Positions 35,529 to 47,124 of a stretch of 64,000 nucleotides of DNA are shown piece by piece; positions within the stretch are counted from its first letter, which is position 1, and each line of letters starts with the position of its first letter. The DNA lies in the NCBI GenBank assembly GCA_028534125.1, contig CM052816.1, forward strand, positions 41,976,001-42,040,000, read 5' to 3'. Position numbers and translations under genes: made by a program. Below the pieces are notes generated by a model that was not told where the DNA came from, did no database searches, and saw nothing but the letters and a program-made list of their open reading frames with translations. This stretch comes from Lama glama (taxonomy: Eukaryota).

Positions 35529-37314
35529 CCTTCTATATTCTTAATTTATTGCTTTGCCTAGTTTTTGAAACTGATGTTTCTTCTGTATTTTGGAACCTCT
35601 GCTCATGTATTGGTATCTCCCACACTGTGCTGATGTTTTGAACTAATCCTGTTCTGTTTTGATGACAGTTTTCTCAGCTATCCTCCGAATCTGGTTCTCA
35701 ACCTCTGCTTGCTTTGATCCCTCATCTTTATAAGCTATAACTGCTGTCTGCTGTCTGCAGATGTCTTTTTCAGAAAGCCTCGTTCTGGTATTCCACTTTA
35801 TTGCAGCACTAGATATATTCATTGTCTGATCTACTTGAACTGAGTAAAATTCATACTGATCATGTATTTTTAATTCTGATATGTTGAAATAAAAATGCTA
35901 CTCAATTTTTGGCGTATTAAAGAGGTACTTGCATATGAAAACCAAGAAATTCGTCTACTTAATCCTACTAATAACTGTTCCTAGGTTATTTGAAAAAAAA
36001 GTAGAAGATTGGAAAAAGAGGTTTTGCCATTATTGAATTCAAAGTCAACAGAAAACAGAGTTTTTTTATCAGAGCATTTTTTGTCTTTTCAAATTTCCCA
36101 TCAAATATTTGACTGTTGTTTGTTAGCCACTGGAATGTTCTGCATTCCCAGACATCCTATAGATTTTCCCAAACTTACGAGTTTACTATGCTTTTTGATA
36201 TTAATTTCTCTAGTGAGGGTATTATTGAGTACTTTTTTTACATCAACTCTGTCTTACCTTGTTATGGCAACAAAAAGTGGTTTGCCTCTTCTAGTCCTAC
36301 TTAGACGGGCTTCTCATAATCAGATTAAATCTCCATTTCACAAATTTGTGAAAAGAAGTCTTAAAAAAACTTGCTAGGAGAATCTGATAACAATTAATGT
36401 CAAAATTACATGACTGATTTCCAAAGATCTGTGTGCCCTTCTATACTTATAATAAGAATTTAAAAATCAAAATTGAGTTAACTGTTAAGAGTTATATTTC
36501 TAATTGCATAAAGGGGCCTGACTGAGAGATTTTTAAGAAAATTGTGTAGAATTATCTTTTCTAGGTGGACCTTATAGAGCATGGGCTTTTCAAATTTTGT
36601 TTTTATGAGATCTGTATTCTCTATGAAATCTCTTTTCCTGGGTCTTATTTTAAACAAGATTAATAAAACTAGTTGGAAAAGAAGACATATTCAGCTGAGA
36701 AATTATTCCTTGGCCTATATAATATTGAATGGTCAGTTTAAGCACTTTTCTACCATGCAATTTCTCTCTACTCTTACTGCTGCCACAGTTTGTGTTAAAC
36801 TGAGTTGATTATTTTTTTTTAATGTACAGATATATGGAATTTTAATTCAGTGTCAATGACAGCAGAGAAAGGACCGGTTGCTCATTTATTTAAAAATGTG
36901 TTTATTAGGTTTATACTTTAGAGTCATGGTCTGGCCTTTTTGATTTCTTTGATTTTTTTTCCAGTGAAGAGTTTGCTGAAATTCATCTCTGGGTTACTAG
37001 AGCTATGTTTTCATAGAGGAACATAATTCTGGAAAAGTATTAGCAAGTCACTCAACCTCAACAGACTTGTTTATGTTCTGTTAACATTGGAACCAGAGTC
37101 TCACTTGTTCAGGGAATTATTTAATCTCTAAAAAATTGTAATATACTTTTGCTATGCTTTTAGGGATTCAGTTAGTTCAATGATGTTTGAAAGTACTAGT
37201 GGGCATTAGTAATGGGCTAATTGCAGCAAGCTTTCAAAATCATAATATAGCATTTCCCTGCGTGTGATATGCCAAAGAACCTGTGCTTGAGTGGAATTGT
37301 ACAGGGAAAATAGG

Positions 37315-37735
37315 CCCTACTCCACAATGCTAGGCATTATTTCAGGCTCTACAGGTAAAGTGGTAAACAAAACAGATAAAAATCTGTGCCTTCTAATGAG
37401 GGAAGATAGAAAAAATCAATCCAAATGGATGATAAATAGAAGGGAGAAAGGGAGGGAGGGAAGAAGAAAGAGAGAGAAAGGTATATTAGTGATAAGTGTT
37501 AACAATACAAATAAAGAAAGTGATAGTGTAGGGAATACAGAGGTGGTATTAAAATTGTAAATAAAGTGACAAAGAAGGCCATACTGAAAAGGTGGCCTTT
37601 TATTATAGAGTGAAAGAGGATAATGGAACAAGCTGAGAATAATATTCTTTCCATAAGAAAGAGAAATTCAAAGACTCTGGGATAAGGGTGGGTCTGGTAC
37701 GCATAAAGATCAGGTAAGATGTTAGTGTAGTGAGT
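37315..37735 (-). mobile_element. L2 LINE 3' region
   Basis: cctactccacaatgctaggcattatttcaggctct...gtggtaaacaaaacagataaaaatctgtgcc. Confidence 0.75.
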
Positions 37736-38261
37736 TTGTTAATCTCACAGGTACCTGCTCCCCATGAGAAAAGTTAATTATAAGGAAATATCACTAAAAT
37801 TTCTTTGAAGTATAAGGGAAATACTTTTGTGAGAACTCAGAGCCATTCATGCCAACTATTCACTTTTTCCACCAATTTCATGTGTCGATCTACTTTTCTG
37901 AAGCATAAGGATTTTTGTGTCTGTTTATATATGTCCAAGCTACTTGGAAAGAATTTTCTCATGACAGGCAAGATTCTGAAGGGGAATTGAGTCAAGACAG
38001 TTGTAATTTGCATTAATTTTGCATTAAGTATAGACCTTAGAATTTACAATCAGAAGATGATGAAAAAAAATCTCAGATGTGAATTATAACACATTTTCAC
38101 TGTTATTAATCTGCTTTTTGTAGGCCAATCATTTTTAAACATTTGGTTATGTAATATTTTCCATACATTATCTCCTATTTTGTTTAATGTCATAATCTTC
38201 TATAAATCAGGGCTGGAGGAAAATATATGTATATATTCATGCATGTGCAGTGTAAGATATA

Positions 38262-38475
38262 TAATAATAATTGTAATGGCCATTATGTTTTAGTGAAAGG
38301 CACTACTCTATGTATTTTATATCTGCTAGATCATTAACTACTCATAATAGCACCATAATTTACATATTATTGTTCTCATTTTATGGAAGAAGAAAATGAG
38401 GCCCAGAGAGGTTATGTCTTTGGCCAAGAATATCTAGTTTATAAGTGGAAGGTCCAGAATTTGGTTTCAGAGAAT
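38262..38475 (-). mobile_element. MIR SINE
   Basis: tattattgttctcattttatggaagaagaaaatgaggcccagagaggttatgtctttggccaag. Confidence 0.8.
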
Positions 38476-38986
38476 CTAAATAAGGCCTCAGTGCTTGAAA
38501 GAAGGAATGAGAGGATCAGGATGCATCTGATAACTACACCTAAAAAAAGTGGAGTAGTTTACTGTTATCAGAACCAAAATTGGGAAGGGCATGGGGCAGG
38601 AGCATAGATACCTAGAAAATACACATAATCCAACCTCATTGTGCAGGGTAACAGGGTTCTTGGTCTAGGTAGAATATGTAGGTTCTGGGTCTTACAGACT
38701 CTATAGACTGAGAAAGATGACTCCTAGAACCGAGAATCACTAAATGTCATGCATAGCTTACTAATAAACCAACTACAAAAGTTAAGAGGCTGACAAACCT
38801 ATAAACATGGTAGTATTTCAATTTTTGTATAATCTGTTACTGTGTACAGTACAATATTTGAGGGTAAAATTTTTAGTGCAAAAACATTTAAAAATGCATT
38901 TTGAAATTTCTATTTCTGTAGTGTTTCTAGATTAGAAGTAAATTTTGTTTTATTTTTCTTCTGTTTATGCTAGCAGAAAATAATTG

Positions 38987-39397
38987 AGTTACTGAAAAAC
39001 AAAACTGTTGACCTGAAATAGATAGACTGCCAATTATTTATACAGCCAAAATGTGTTTATTCAAGATCAGCAAAGAATTCCAGTTTGGGGTCTGCAACCA
39101 TGGTGAGCCACACACAAGTCCCCAGCAAAAAAAGAGGAGAACTCTTTAGAGGAAAAAAGATGTTTGGAGAGCTGTAGGAAACAAAAGAATCCACTGAAGA
39201 AATTGAGACTTCAAAGAATAGTGACTTTTCCTTGGGTTGAGTTGTAACAGTCTCTTATTGGCTTAGCTCTTGTCGAGCAAGAAGAGAACGTCTTTATTCC
39301 TCCTGTTGAGCTCTGCTATCATCATAGGACATGAGGACTTCCCCTTCTGGTCTCTCAACTCTCCATAATTGAGGTTCTTTTATTTATTTATTTTACC
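38987..39397 (-). mobile_element. ERV1-class LTR (3' LTR), about 411 bp
   Basis: Degenerate TG...CA termini; AATAAA (plus-strand tttatt 39056) and CCAAT (attgg 39257) on the minus strand; a polypurine tract (ctctaccccttttgat) directly abuts at about 39398-39412. Confidence 0.75.
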
Positions 39398-40355
39398 TCT
39401 ACCCCTTTTGATTAAGATAATTCTCTGAAAGCATCACTGACCAAGAGTCAGGTTTTCTGGTTTCAATGGATCTTTACCCTTCAGTGTGAGAATGGACCTT
39501 TCCTGAAGGTAGTGTCCCACATCAGAGGGAAAATGTTGATTGGAAACCTATTGAAGTCACATTTGAGTTAGAAGGAGGGGAAGGAGGGAGAACTCTGAGG
39601 CATTTTTTACCTCAAGTCTATGTATTGTCAAAATCATAGACACTGGAGATCATTTAAAGCATTATGTAATCATCAGAAGTTTGGCAGACAGACTTCCAAC
39701 AGGCCTGGTCCAGATATCTTTGGAAAGCTGTCTTATCAGATGTTTGCTTCAGTGCCAGAAAATATTTACTTCCATGTCACCTGGTGATTTGCAGGTCCAG
39801 TCAGGATTTGGTGCTTTCTTTGAATGTGTCACATGAATCCAAGAGTCTATTACCTGGGGTTTGGCAGCACAAGGGTGGGTTGACAGTACCTGATAGGAGC
39901 TTTTGCAATGAGCAATGAGTTTGGAGAGAGTCCTTCTGGAAGTATTTTTTCCAGAAGAAAACTCCAGATTGCAGGTTTTTTATCTCCTGAGAGTAGACTG
40001 TGAAAGGATAGCTTTACCAACACATGATTATTTTTAATAGAACAATTAGGCCTTTGCAATATTAGAATACTCCTTTCATCATTTGTGAGTCAAAAGAGGC
40101 AGGAACCAAGTACATTGGGTGTCCTGTGACTATCTCAAAGGGTGAGAGTTTTTAAGTTCTAAAATGGATGGATCTAAGGTTTAGAAGGGCTAACAGCAAT
40201 GATTTTGGCCAAGATATTTGGAAGACAAACTCTGCCAGTTGCGTTTAATGTTGTGAGTGCATTCAACTAAGCCAAAGGATTGAGGATGATGGGTACAGTA
40301 GAATGTTGTAAAAGCAGCCACACAGCATAGATTTCTCAAAGTAGCTGACTAGTAA
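39398..40355 (-). mobile_element. ERV1 internal remnant: integrase C-terminal half, no env
   Basis: Manual minus-strand translation: FYCTHHPQSFGLVECTH, WPKSLLLALLNLRS...KLSPFEIVTGHPM and YQVLSTHPCAAKPQVIDSWIHVTHSK. These are gamma-like integrase motifs (HPQSSG, SPFE, WIH) with frameshifts and stops. Confidence 0.85.
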
Positions 40356-41088
40356 AGCGTTTAGTCCATTTACATTTCTGGTAATTATTGATATGTGTGT
40401 ACTTACTGCCATTTTGTTAATTGTTATGGATTTGTTTTTGTAAGTCTTTTTTTTTATTTCTTCTTTTTTTTTTCTTCTGTGTGGTTTGATGACTATAGAG
40501 TTACATTTGAATCCCTCTTTCTTTTTTTGTGTATATATCTATTACAAATTTTTGGTTTACAGTTGCCATGAGGTTTTGGTATAGAAGTCTTTATGTATAT
40601 ATACATAATTGTTTAAGTTACTGATCTCTTAATTTGAAATGCATTTTAGATATCCTGTATTCGTACCTTCCTCCCTCAGTATTACTTTTCTTTTTTCTAG
40701 CTGTGGCCTTTTCTTTTCTACCTAAAGAAGTTTCTTTAACGTTTGTTTTAAAGCTGGTTTGGTGGTGCTAAATTCTTATAGCTTTTGCTTATCTGTGAAG
40801 CTTTTGATTTCTCCATCAAATCTGAATGAGAGCCTTGCTGTGTAGAGTATTCTTGGTTGTAGGTTTTCCCCTTTCATCACTTTAACTATATTGTGCCACT
40901 CCATTCTGGCCTGTAGAGTTTCTGACAAAAAATTAGCTGATAACCTTATGGGAGTCTCCTTTTTATGTTAGCTGTTGCTTTTCTTTTGCTGATTTTAATA
41001 TTTTATCCTTATCTTTAATATTTATCACTTTGATTTACTATGTGCCTTGGCATGTTCCTCTCCTGTATGGGACTCTGTGCTTTCTTGG
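40356..41088 (-). mobile_element. L1 ORF1 C-terminus, inter-ORF region and ORF2 start; no 3' end
   Basis: Minus strand translates TLQARMEWHNIVKVMKGENLQPRILYTARLSFRFDGEIKS (L1 ORF1p). Confidence 0.9.
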
Positions 41089-42359
41089 GAAGTTTACTTT
41101 TCATAGTAATACTCTTTTTAAAAATAATTCTAGGTCTATTTTCTAGTAAATTAAGAGAAAACTGAGAAAATCTTCCAAGCTTGCAAGTCAATCAGCCATC
41201 TGAATTACTACAATATAAATTAATACCAGATAGGGTATTGTGGAGGAAGGACCAATTCTTTTGAATAGCAGAGACTAGGAAGTCTGCTTAGGGGGAGGCA
41301 GTCCATTGTAAGTTTTTCTTTAAAATAACTTAATTTTAATGTAAGGATTGGGAATTTCTATTTCTACCTTTGAACTGGCTAACTATACTTCTTATATATA
41401 TATTTGGTTCTAGTCCTTGGAGAATTTTAAATTTAATAATTAAGCCTCATCTTTATAGCTTTTTAACCAGAGGTAATGATATATTTTGTTGTTTCTGTGT
41501 GAGGTAGAGAAAATATTGTTTCTCGAAACAAAAGATGTCATTTAATTATTTGATCTTCATATTTTTCCTTCCCTTCTTACTTTGCCAGCAGCTATATGAG
41601 ACATATTTTATTATTTTGTTCTGATTGCATAGAACATTTTTGTTACAACCTGTTAGTTTTACTTGGTATTATTTCAGGAAGGTTTATAGAATACTCTATA
41701 TATTTTTATTCTTCTCATTAAAGTAGATATCCTTTGGAGCTTATTTTATTTAACATTTTGAAGACGTAGAATATTTGCTTTGTAATAAATAAAACACAAT
41801 TATAAAATTCTATTGTGTCATAGCAGAATTTGGAAAAAAATCTAAAATGATAAGGCATCATTTTCCTTCATATTTTCTTCACCAAAAGTCTTTACATTTC
41901 GTATTTATTACCCAAAGCTTGCTTGATTTGTTATGATTTAATATCTCAGATCTACTTATTTTTATTTAAATATGCAAATAGATTTAGTTAAATAACTTTG
42001 GTATTTAACAAAATAAGCAGGTGAATGTTTTGAGTTGTGGTTTGAATTGGGAATCAAATACAATGTCTTGGAATTTGACATTACCAACTTTATTATATTG
42101 TTGTTCAGTGTTTGTACTGCAGACATATCATCTCACTAGTCTGTTTTTGAAGAAAAAACAATGTTTGAAAAAATACTATAAAATTATATTTGAGAAATGA
42201 GTTGGAAAAAGTCGTAATTATTATTGTAGTAGATGTTTATCAGAACTGTTTTTTTCTCTTTGAAATTTGGAGGCCATCTCTTCAAAACATCCATATCCCA
42301 AATTGTTTATCTGGGAGAAACAAAATTAGGCATTCTCAGTTTATTGAAGGAAAATAACT

Positions 42360-42780
42360 TTTGATTATGGCCATGGAGTCACTTTTCACAGATATGGCTC
42401 AATGGGCCCCATCCTCACTTTTAGGCATCATCTCTTATCATCTTTTCTTTCTTCTTACTCTCCTCTCTGTTCTGCACCTGCTCATTCCTTCTTTCCTTCA
42501 GTGCATACAGATATTTTGTGTGTGCTGTTCATTTGATTGGTCTCCCCTTCCCCACTTCTCTTTTCCAAACAAAATCCTCTTTTGTGATACCTTCTTTAAG
42601 CTCTCTTAATGCTCGGTAGATTCCTATAAATGTTTTGTAGCATTTATCAGACAGTGGTGAAATTGTATGCCCTCTCTTCTCTCTCATTCCCCACCCCTCA
42701 TCTTTTTCCTGTTCATTTATGGATTACCCATCAGAGCGTCAGATAGCTAACAAGTGCTCATTAATGCTACTATAACTAAA
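42360..42780 (+). mobile_element. L2 fragments
   Basis: Pyrimidine-rich sense L2 pattern ending cagatagctaacaagtgctcattaatgct. Confidence 0.45.
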
Positions 42781-43086
42781 ATTACTAATGTCTTAAATAA
42801 TAAATGCATGTACTTAACCATGTAACCTCTGATTTCTGAAGCTTCTTTAAAATCTTCTGCTCCTATAGTCTTGTTCTAATGATTATTTATATATAATATG
42901 CAAATCATGACTTTGACCAAACGAAAAATGATTTGAGCTTAAATAGAAACTCCAGATCAAATCAAGAAAATTGCTCGCATATTATCTGAGAATTTCTAAT
43001 TTGTTTCAGCATGGAAAGAGATGTGGACGCACTGAGAAGCTATAGGCTAAAAAGCCTTCAAATGCCTTAAATAGGCCTGTGGGTAG

Positions 43087-43534
43087 TATATTGGGTTAAA
43101 TAGTGTCCACCAAGCTTTCATGTCTATCTGGAACCTGTGAATGTGACCTTATTTAGAAATAGAATCTTTGCATATATAATCAAATTAAGATGAGGTCACA
43201 ATGAATTTGGGTGGGCCTTAAATGCAGTATGACTAGTGTCCTTTTAAGAAGAGGGAAATTTGGATATAGGACACAAACACACAGAAGAGAAAACCATATG
43301 AAGATGGGGGCAGATGATTCACCTACAAGTCAAGTCATGCCAAGGATTGCTAGCAACCACCAGAACCTAGAAGAGGGGAAAAAGTGTTATTCCCTAGTTT
43401 TAGAGGGTGTTTGCCCATGCTGACGTTTTAATTTCAGACATCTAGCCTCCAGTACTGTGAGGGAATAAATTTCTGTAGTTCTAAACAACTCAGCTTATGG
43501 TACTTTGTTATGACAGCCCTAGGAAACTTGTACA
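43087..43534 (+). mobile_element. MLT1C-like solo LTR, full length
   Basis: ttgggttaaatagtgtcc...gaacctgtgaatgtgaccttattt...tttgttatgacagccctaggaaacttgtaca; 448 bp; flanks ggtag/gatag. Confidence 0.9.
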
Positions 43535-43704
43535 GATAGACTAAATTAGTAATAAAGAAATGTTATTTTAGATCAACTTGATTAACATTTATTGGGTTTG
43601 TATGACATACGTAATGATAGATATTAGGAATATATCCTTGAAGAGTTTCAAAAAGCATGGGAAAGATGGACATATCAACAGAAGTGTCAGTGTCACATAT
43701 GACA

Positions 43705-43978
43705 GACACTGTTGGTTACCCATCCATCAGCCATTTCCTTCTCCTTTCTGCCTTTGAATATAGTTGGGTGAGCATATGAAGTTTGGAGCTATGCCAACCA
43801 TCTTAAGAATAAGAGAATTGCAGAAAAACTGACCCAGATTTCTTTCATTACTAAGCTCCCAGTCAAATGTGAAATGTCTTCCTGCTGGTCATCTTATTAT
43901 GATAGATAATGAATTCTAATGAATGAACTATAGTTGGATTCTTTAATAATTGCAGCTCAAATAATCTAATGAATGCAT
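43705..43978 (+). mobile_element. Old MLT1 (I/J-like) LTR nested in L2
   Basis: gaagtttggagctatgccaaccatctt...agaattgcagaaaaactgaccc...tcttattatgatagataat...ttgcagctcaaataatctaatgaat. Confidence 0.55.
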
Positions 43979-43979
43979 T

Positions 43980-44610
43980 GTAATATGTTCAAGGTTTGTG
44001 AAAGCATAAAAAAAGAACTCTTGTCCCAAACCGGAGAATCAGAGAAAGTTTTAGTGAGAATGGAAAGATGAGTAGAAGTTACATGGGTCAAAAAAATATG
44101 AGAATATCCTCTTGGGAAAGAATAATACATAAGGCAGAAAAAATACAAAAGAACCTGTGGCTAGCCGTAAGTGTTTTGACATTTCTGTAATATAAATATA
44201 TAGAAGCAGGTTGGGTTGGGTTGGGTAGCTTCAAGTCATGAAAACTTCTGTATGTTCTGATAAGGTCATTAAACTTTATTCCAAAAGCACCAGGAATCTT
44301 CTGGAACATTTTAAGCAGAGTTTTGAACTTAATTAAGTTATAGTTAGATACTTCAGTTTATATTTTACACTTTATAGTATAAGACTAGAGTTATAGTAAC
44401 AATCTCTCTGTAACAGTTCAGGCAAGAGATGATAATAACATAAAACATAGCTTGGTAATAGGAATATTATGAAAGGAATATTTTCAAGAAATACTTGAGA
44501 GTAAAATTGGAAGTACATGATTAATATTGTATGTGTAGATAAGAAAGATAAAAGGACCTAGAATGAGTCTCAGGTTTCTGGCTTGAGGAAATGGTGGATA
44601 GAAAATAAGA
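43980..44610 (-). mobile_element. L2 LINE
   Basis: ggagaatcagagaaagttt...aaactttattccaaaagcaccagg...ttttaagcaga...gagtctcaggtttctggcttgagg. Confidence 0.7.
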
Positions 44611-44939
44611 GGTAAGGAACTACTTGTGACAATTCAATTTCCAAATGTCAAATACCTACATTTTTGTTTTAATCATTTTCAGTGGAAAGTTAAATGAAAA
44701 TATTCCCCTGCTACAGCATATAGAGAATATTACTCAAATTTTCTTGATGACCCATGGTAATAATTGTGACTATCAAATATTGTTTGAGGCAGTAAAGTAT
44801 TTATGCACTCGGGATTGGATTGATAAGATACTTTTCTGTAATAGGTAGTTATGGAGTTCTATGGCATTACTTAAATTGTTCTACATTAATTTCATGGTTA
44901 ATCTTTATTCTTCATAATTTTTAGGCTATAAGTTATTGC

Positions 44940-45690
44940 TTCAGTCATATTTAATCTAGAGTGTGTCAGACATTGTTCTAGACATGGAGGGTGCAGTGCT
45001 GAGCAAGACAGACAGTCACTCTTTTCAGTGGCCTTATCCTGTAGTGAAGACTGGGGGAAAATAAACAAGTGGCATAAAATATCAAGGTCATTCTACATAG
45101 CAATAAGTGCTTTGAAGGAAATAAATAGAAATGGCAAGGGATTAAGCTCATAGAAAGTAAGTTAGTGAGGAGGGAAATCACTTTTCAAGAGGAAATTTTT
45201 AAGTGAAACCTAAGTAGATGACAGGGAGCTCATGATGCTAACCTCTTGAGACGTAAGCATTTCAGAGCCAGAAGCCAATCAGAGGAAAGATGGAGAGGAG
45301 GACGTAAGCTTGCTGAATGTGAAGAAATGAGAGATTGTTGAAGCCGAATGATCAAAGGGGCTGAGGTACTAAGAGTTGAGGGTAGAGAATTGGACATGGC
45401 ACAGATCATGTAGAACTTGGAGTCTATTACAAGGAGATGAATATTATTCCAATTACAGTGAGAAGCACTGAAGTATTTTAAGCATAGGAATGATTTAATC
45501 ACGTTTGTATTTTTAAGAAGACAATTCAGGCTTCCCTGTGGAGAATGGAATGTATGAAAATAAAAGTGAAAGGAAACCAGTGAGGAAGGTATTGTGTTAG
45601 TCCAGGCAGACACGTAGCAACGGGAAAGAGGAGAAGTAAGTGTGCTAAATGTATTTTGAAGGCAAAACTGAAAGAAACTGTGGTGGATAG
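44940..45690 (-). mobile_element. L2 LINE 3' region
   Basis: tgtgtcagacattgttctagacatggagggtgcagtgctgagcaagacagacag...gagaagcactgaagtattttaagcataggaatg. Confidence 0.85.
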
Positions 45691-46019
45691 TATATTTTTC
45701 CCCTTACAATTTTGCTACTACTTTTCGGTAGATTATTACATTCAGATTATCAGGTAGCTATGATTATCTGAAATGGATGCTGAATGATAGTTTGAAGTTT
45801 CTTACAAGTAGAGTTTGAATTTCATGTATTGTCTTTAAGTCTTCATACTGCTTTGTGGGTTCTCAGAAGATTATTGGGGAGTAGCTTCTATAAAATATGA
45901 TATTGGTGTGCTGTAATTTCAAGAGGTCATAAACATCATTTTGAAAGAGCTTGCTTGAGATTCTCAGTACACCAGAGCAAAGCAGTAAATGTTTACCAAG
46001 AAATTATATCTCCTGGTAG

Positions 46020-46190
46020 ATAGACCAAAATTTGGAAGGTTTGAGATAGTCTCATTTTCACTGATCATATACTGTCTGACCTTGCTCAATACATTTAATG
46101 GCTCTATGTTACAGTTTCTCAATCTTTGAATGGCAATAATGATCTTTTCCATCTAAGCTGAGATATATTTGTGAAGTACATAGAACTAAC
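46020..46190 (+). mobile_element. MIR fragment
   Basis: actgtctgaccttgctcaatacatttaatggctctatgttacagtttctcaatct. Confidence 0.55.
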
Positions 46191-47124
46191 CAGCAGGAAA
46201 TCACTACAAACACGACAATTTATTGTTAGTTTTATGGCCAATTCAAATCCCAAAGGAATTGAAGTCATTGCCATTTGAAGGTTGTCCAGTTCATTTTTAA
46301 GATAGATGACTTACCCTGTGCAAAAGTCACACACAGTCCCTGAACAATTATACTCAAACTCTGCCTTGGCTATAACAGGAGAAAAATATGATTGTTGAAT
46401 CAATGTAGCTATAAAAATGACATACATTTCTCCCCTAAGCAGGTGGGAAATGTGAGAAAATGCTTAGATTGGAGGACTGAAGAGAAGTCAGCACTAGTTT
46501 TTAAAATACTGTTTCAATTTTAAGGTAAAATAATTGACCACTGAAGTTTTTTTTTTCTTAAGTTTTCATGAGAAATATTTTTATTTAATTAAAAATGTAC
46601 TGTGTACCTCATGATAGTAAAGTCAATCTGATGAGTATGATGAGAGATACTAAGTGTTTATAGAAGCATAAGTTTGTGAAAATTATTTATGTTTGGTGAA
46701 ATAAAGTAAGCTATATAGAGAAGGTGACATTATTAACTATTTCCACAGTAGAGATAAGAGGCAAGACAGCCTTCCTCCTAAGAAAACAAGGTGAGTCAAC
46801 ACACTCAAATGGAAATATAGTGGTTACTATATTTGAGGTGATTTGAATACTTTGATTTCACTGGAGTACACAGGGGGCAAAGGAACCAAATAAATTAAAA
46901 AAGAGTCGCTATATTGGAAATACCTTTAATGATATTCTTAGAATTTGAATGTTATATTATAGATGGGAAGACTAAAATTGGAATAATCTGATCTTTGCTT
47001 AATTAAAAAAAATCTTTTCAATGGTGTCTGCATAGAGATACCATTTCCTAACATTCCCTCTCAAATTAATCATAAAATGTAGAAAAAAAGAATCAGTTTA
47101 AAGGGCTAGAAAAATTTATTCTAC

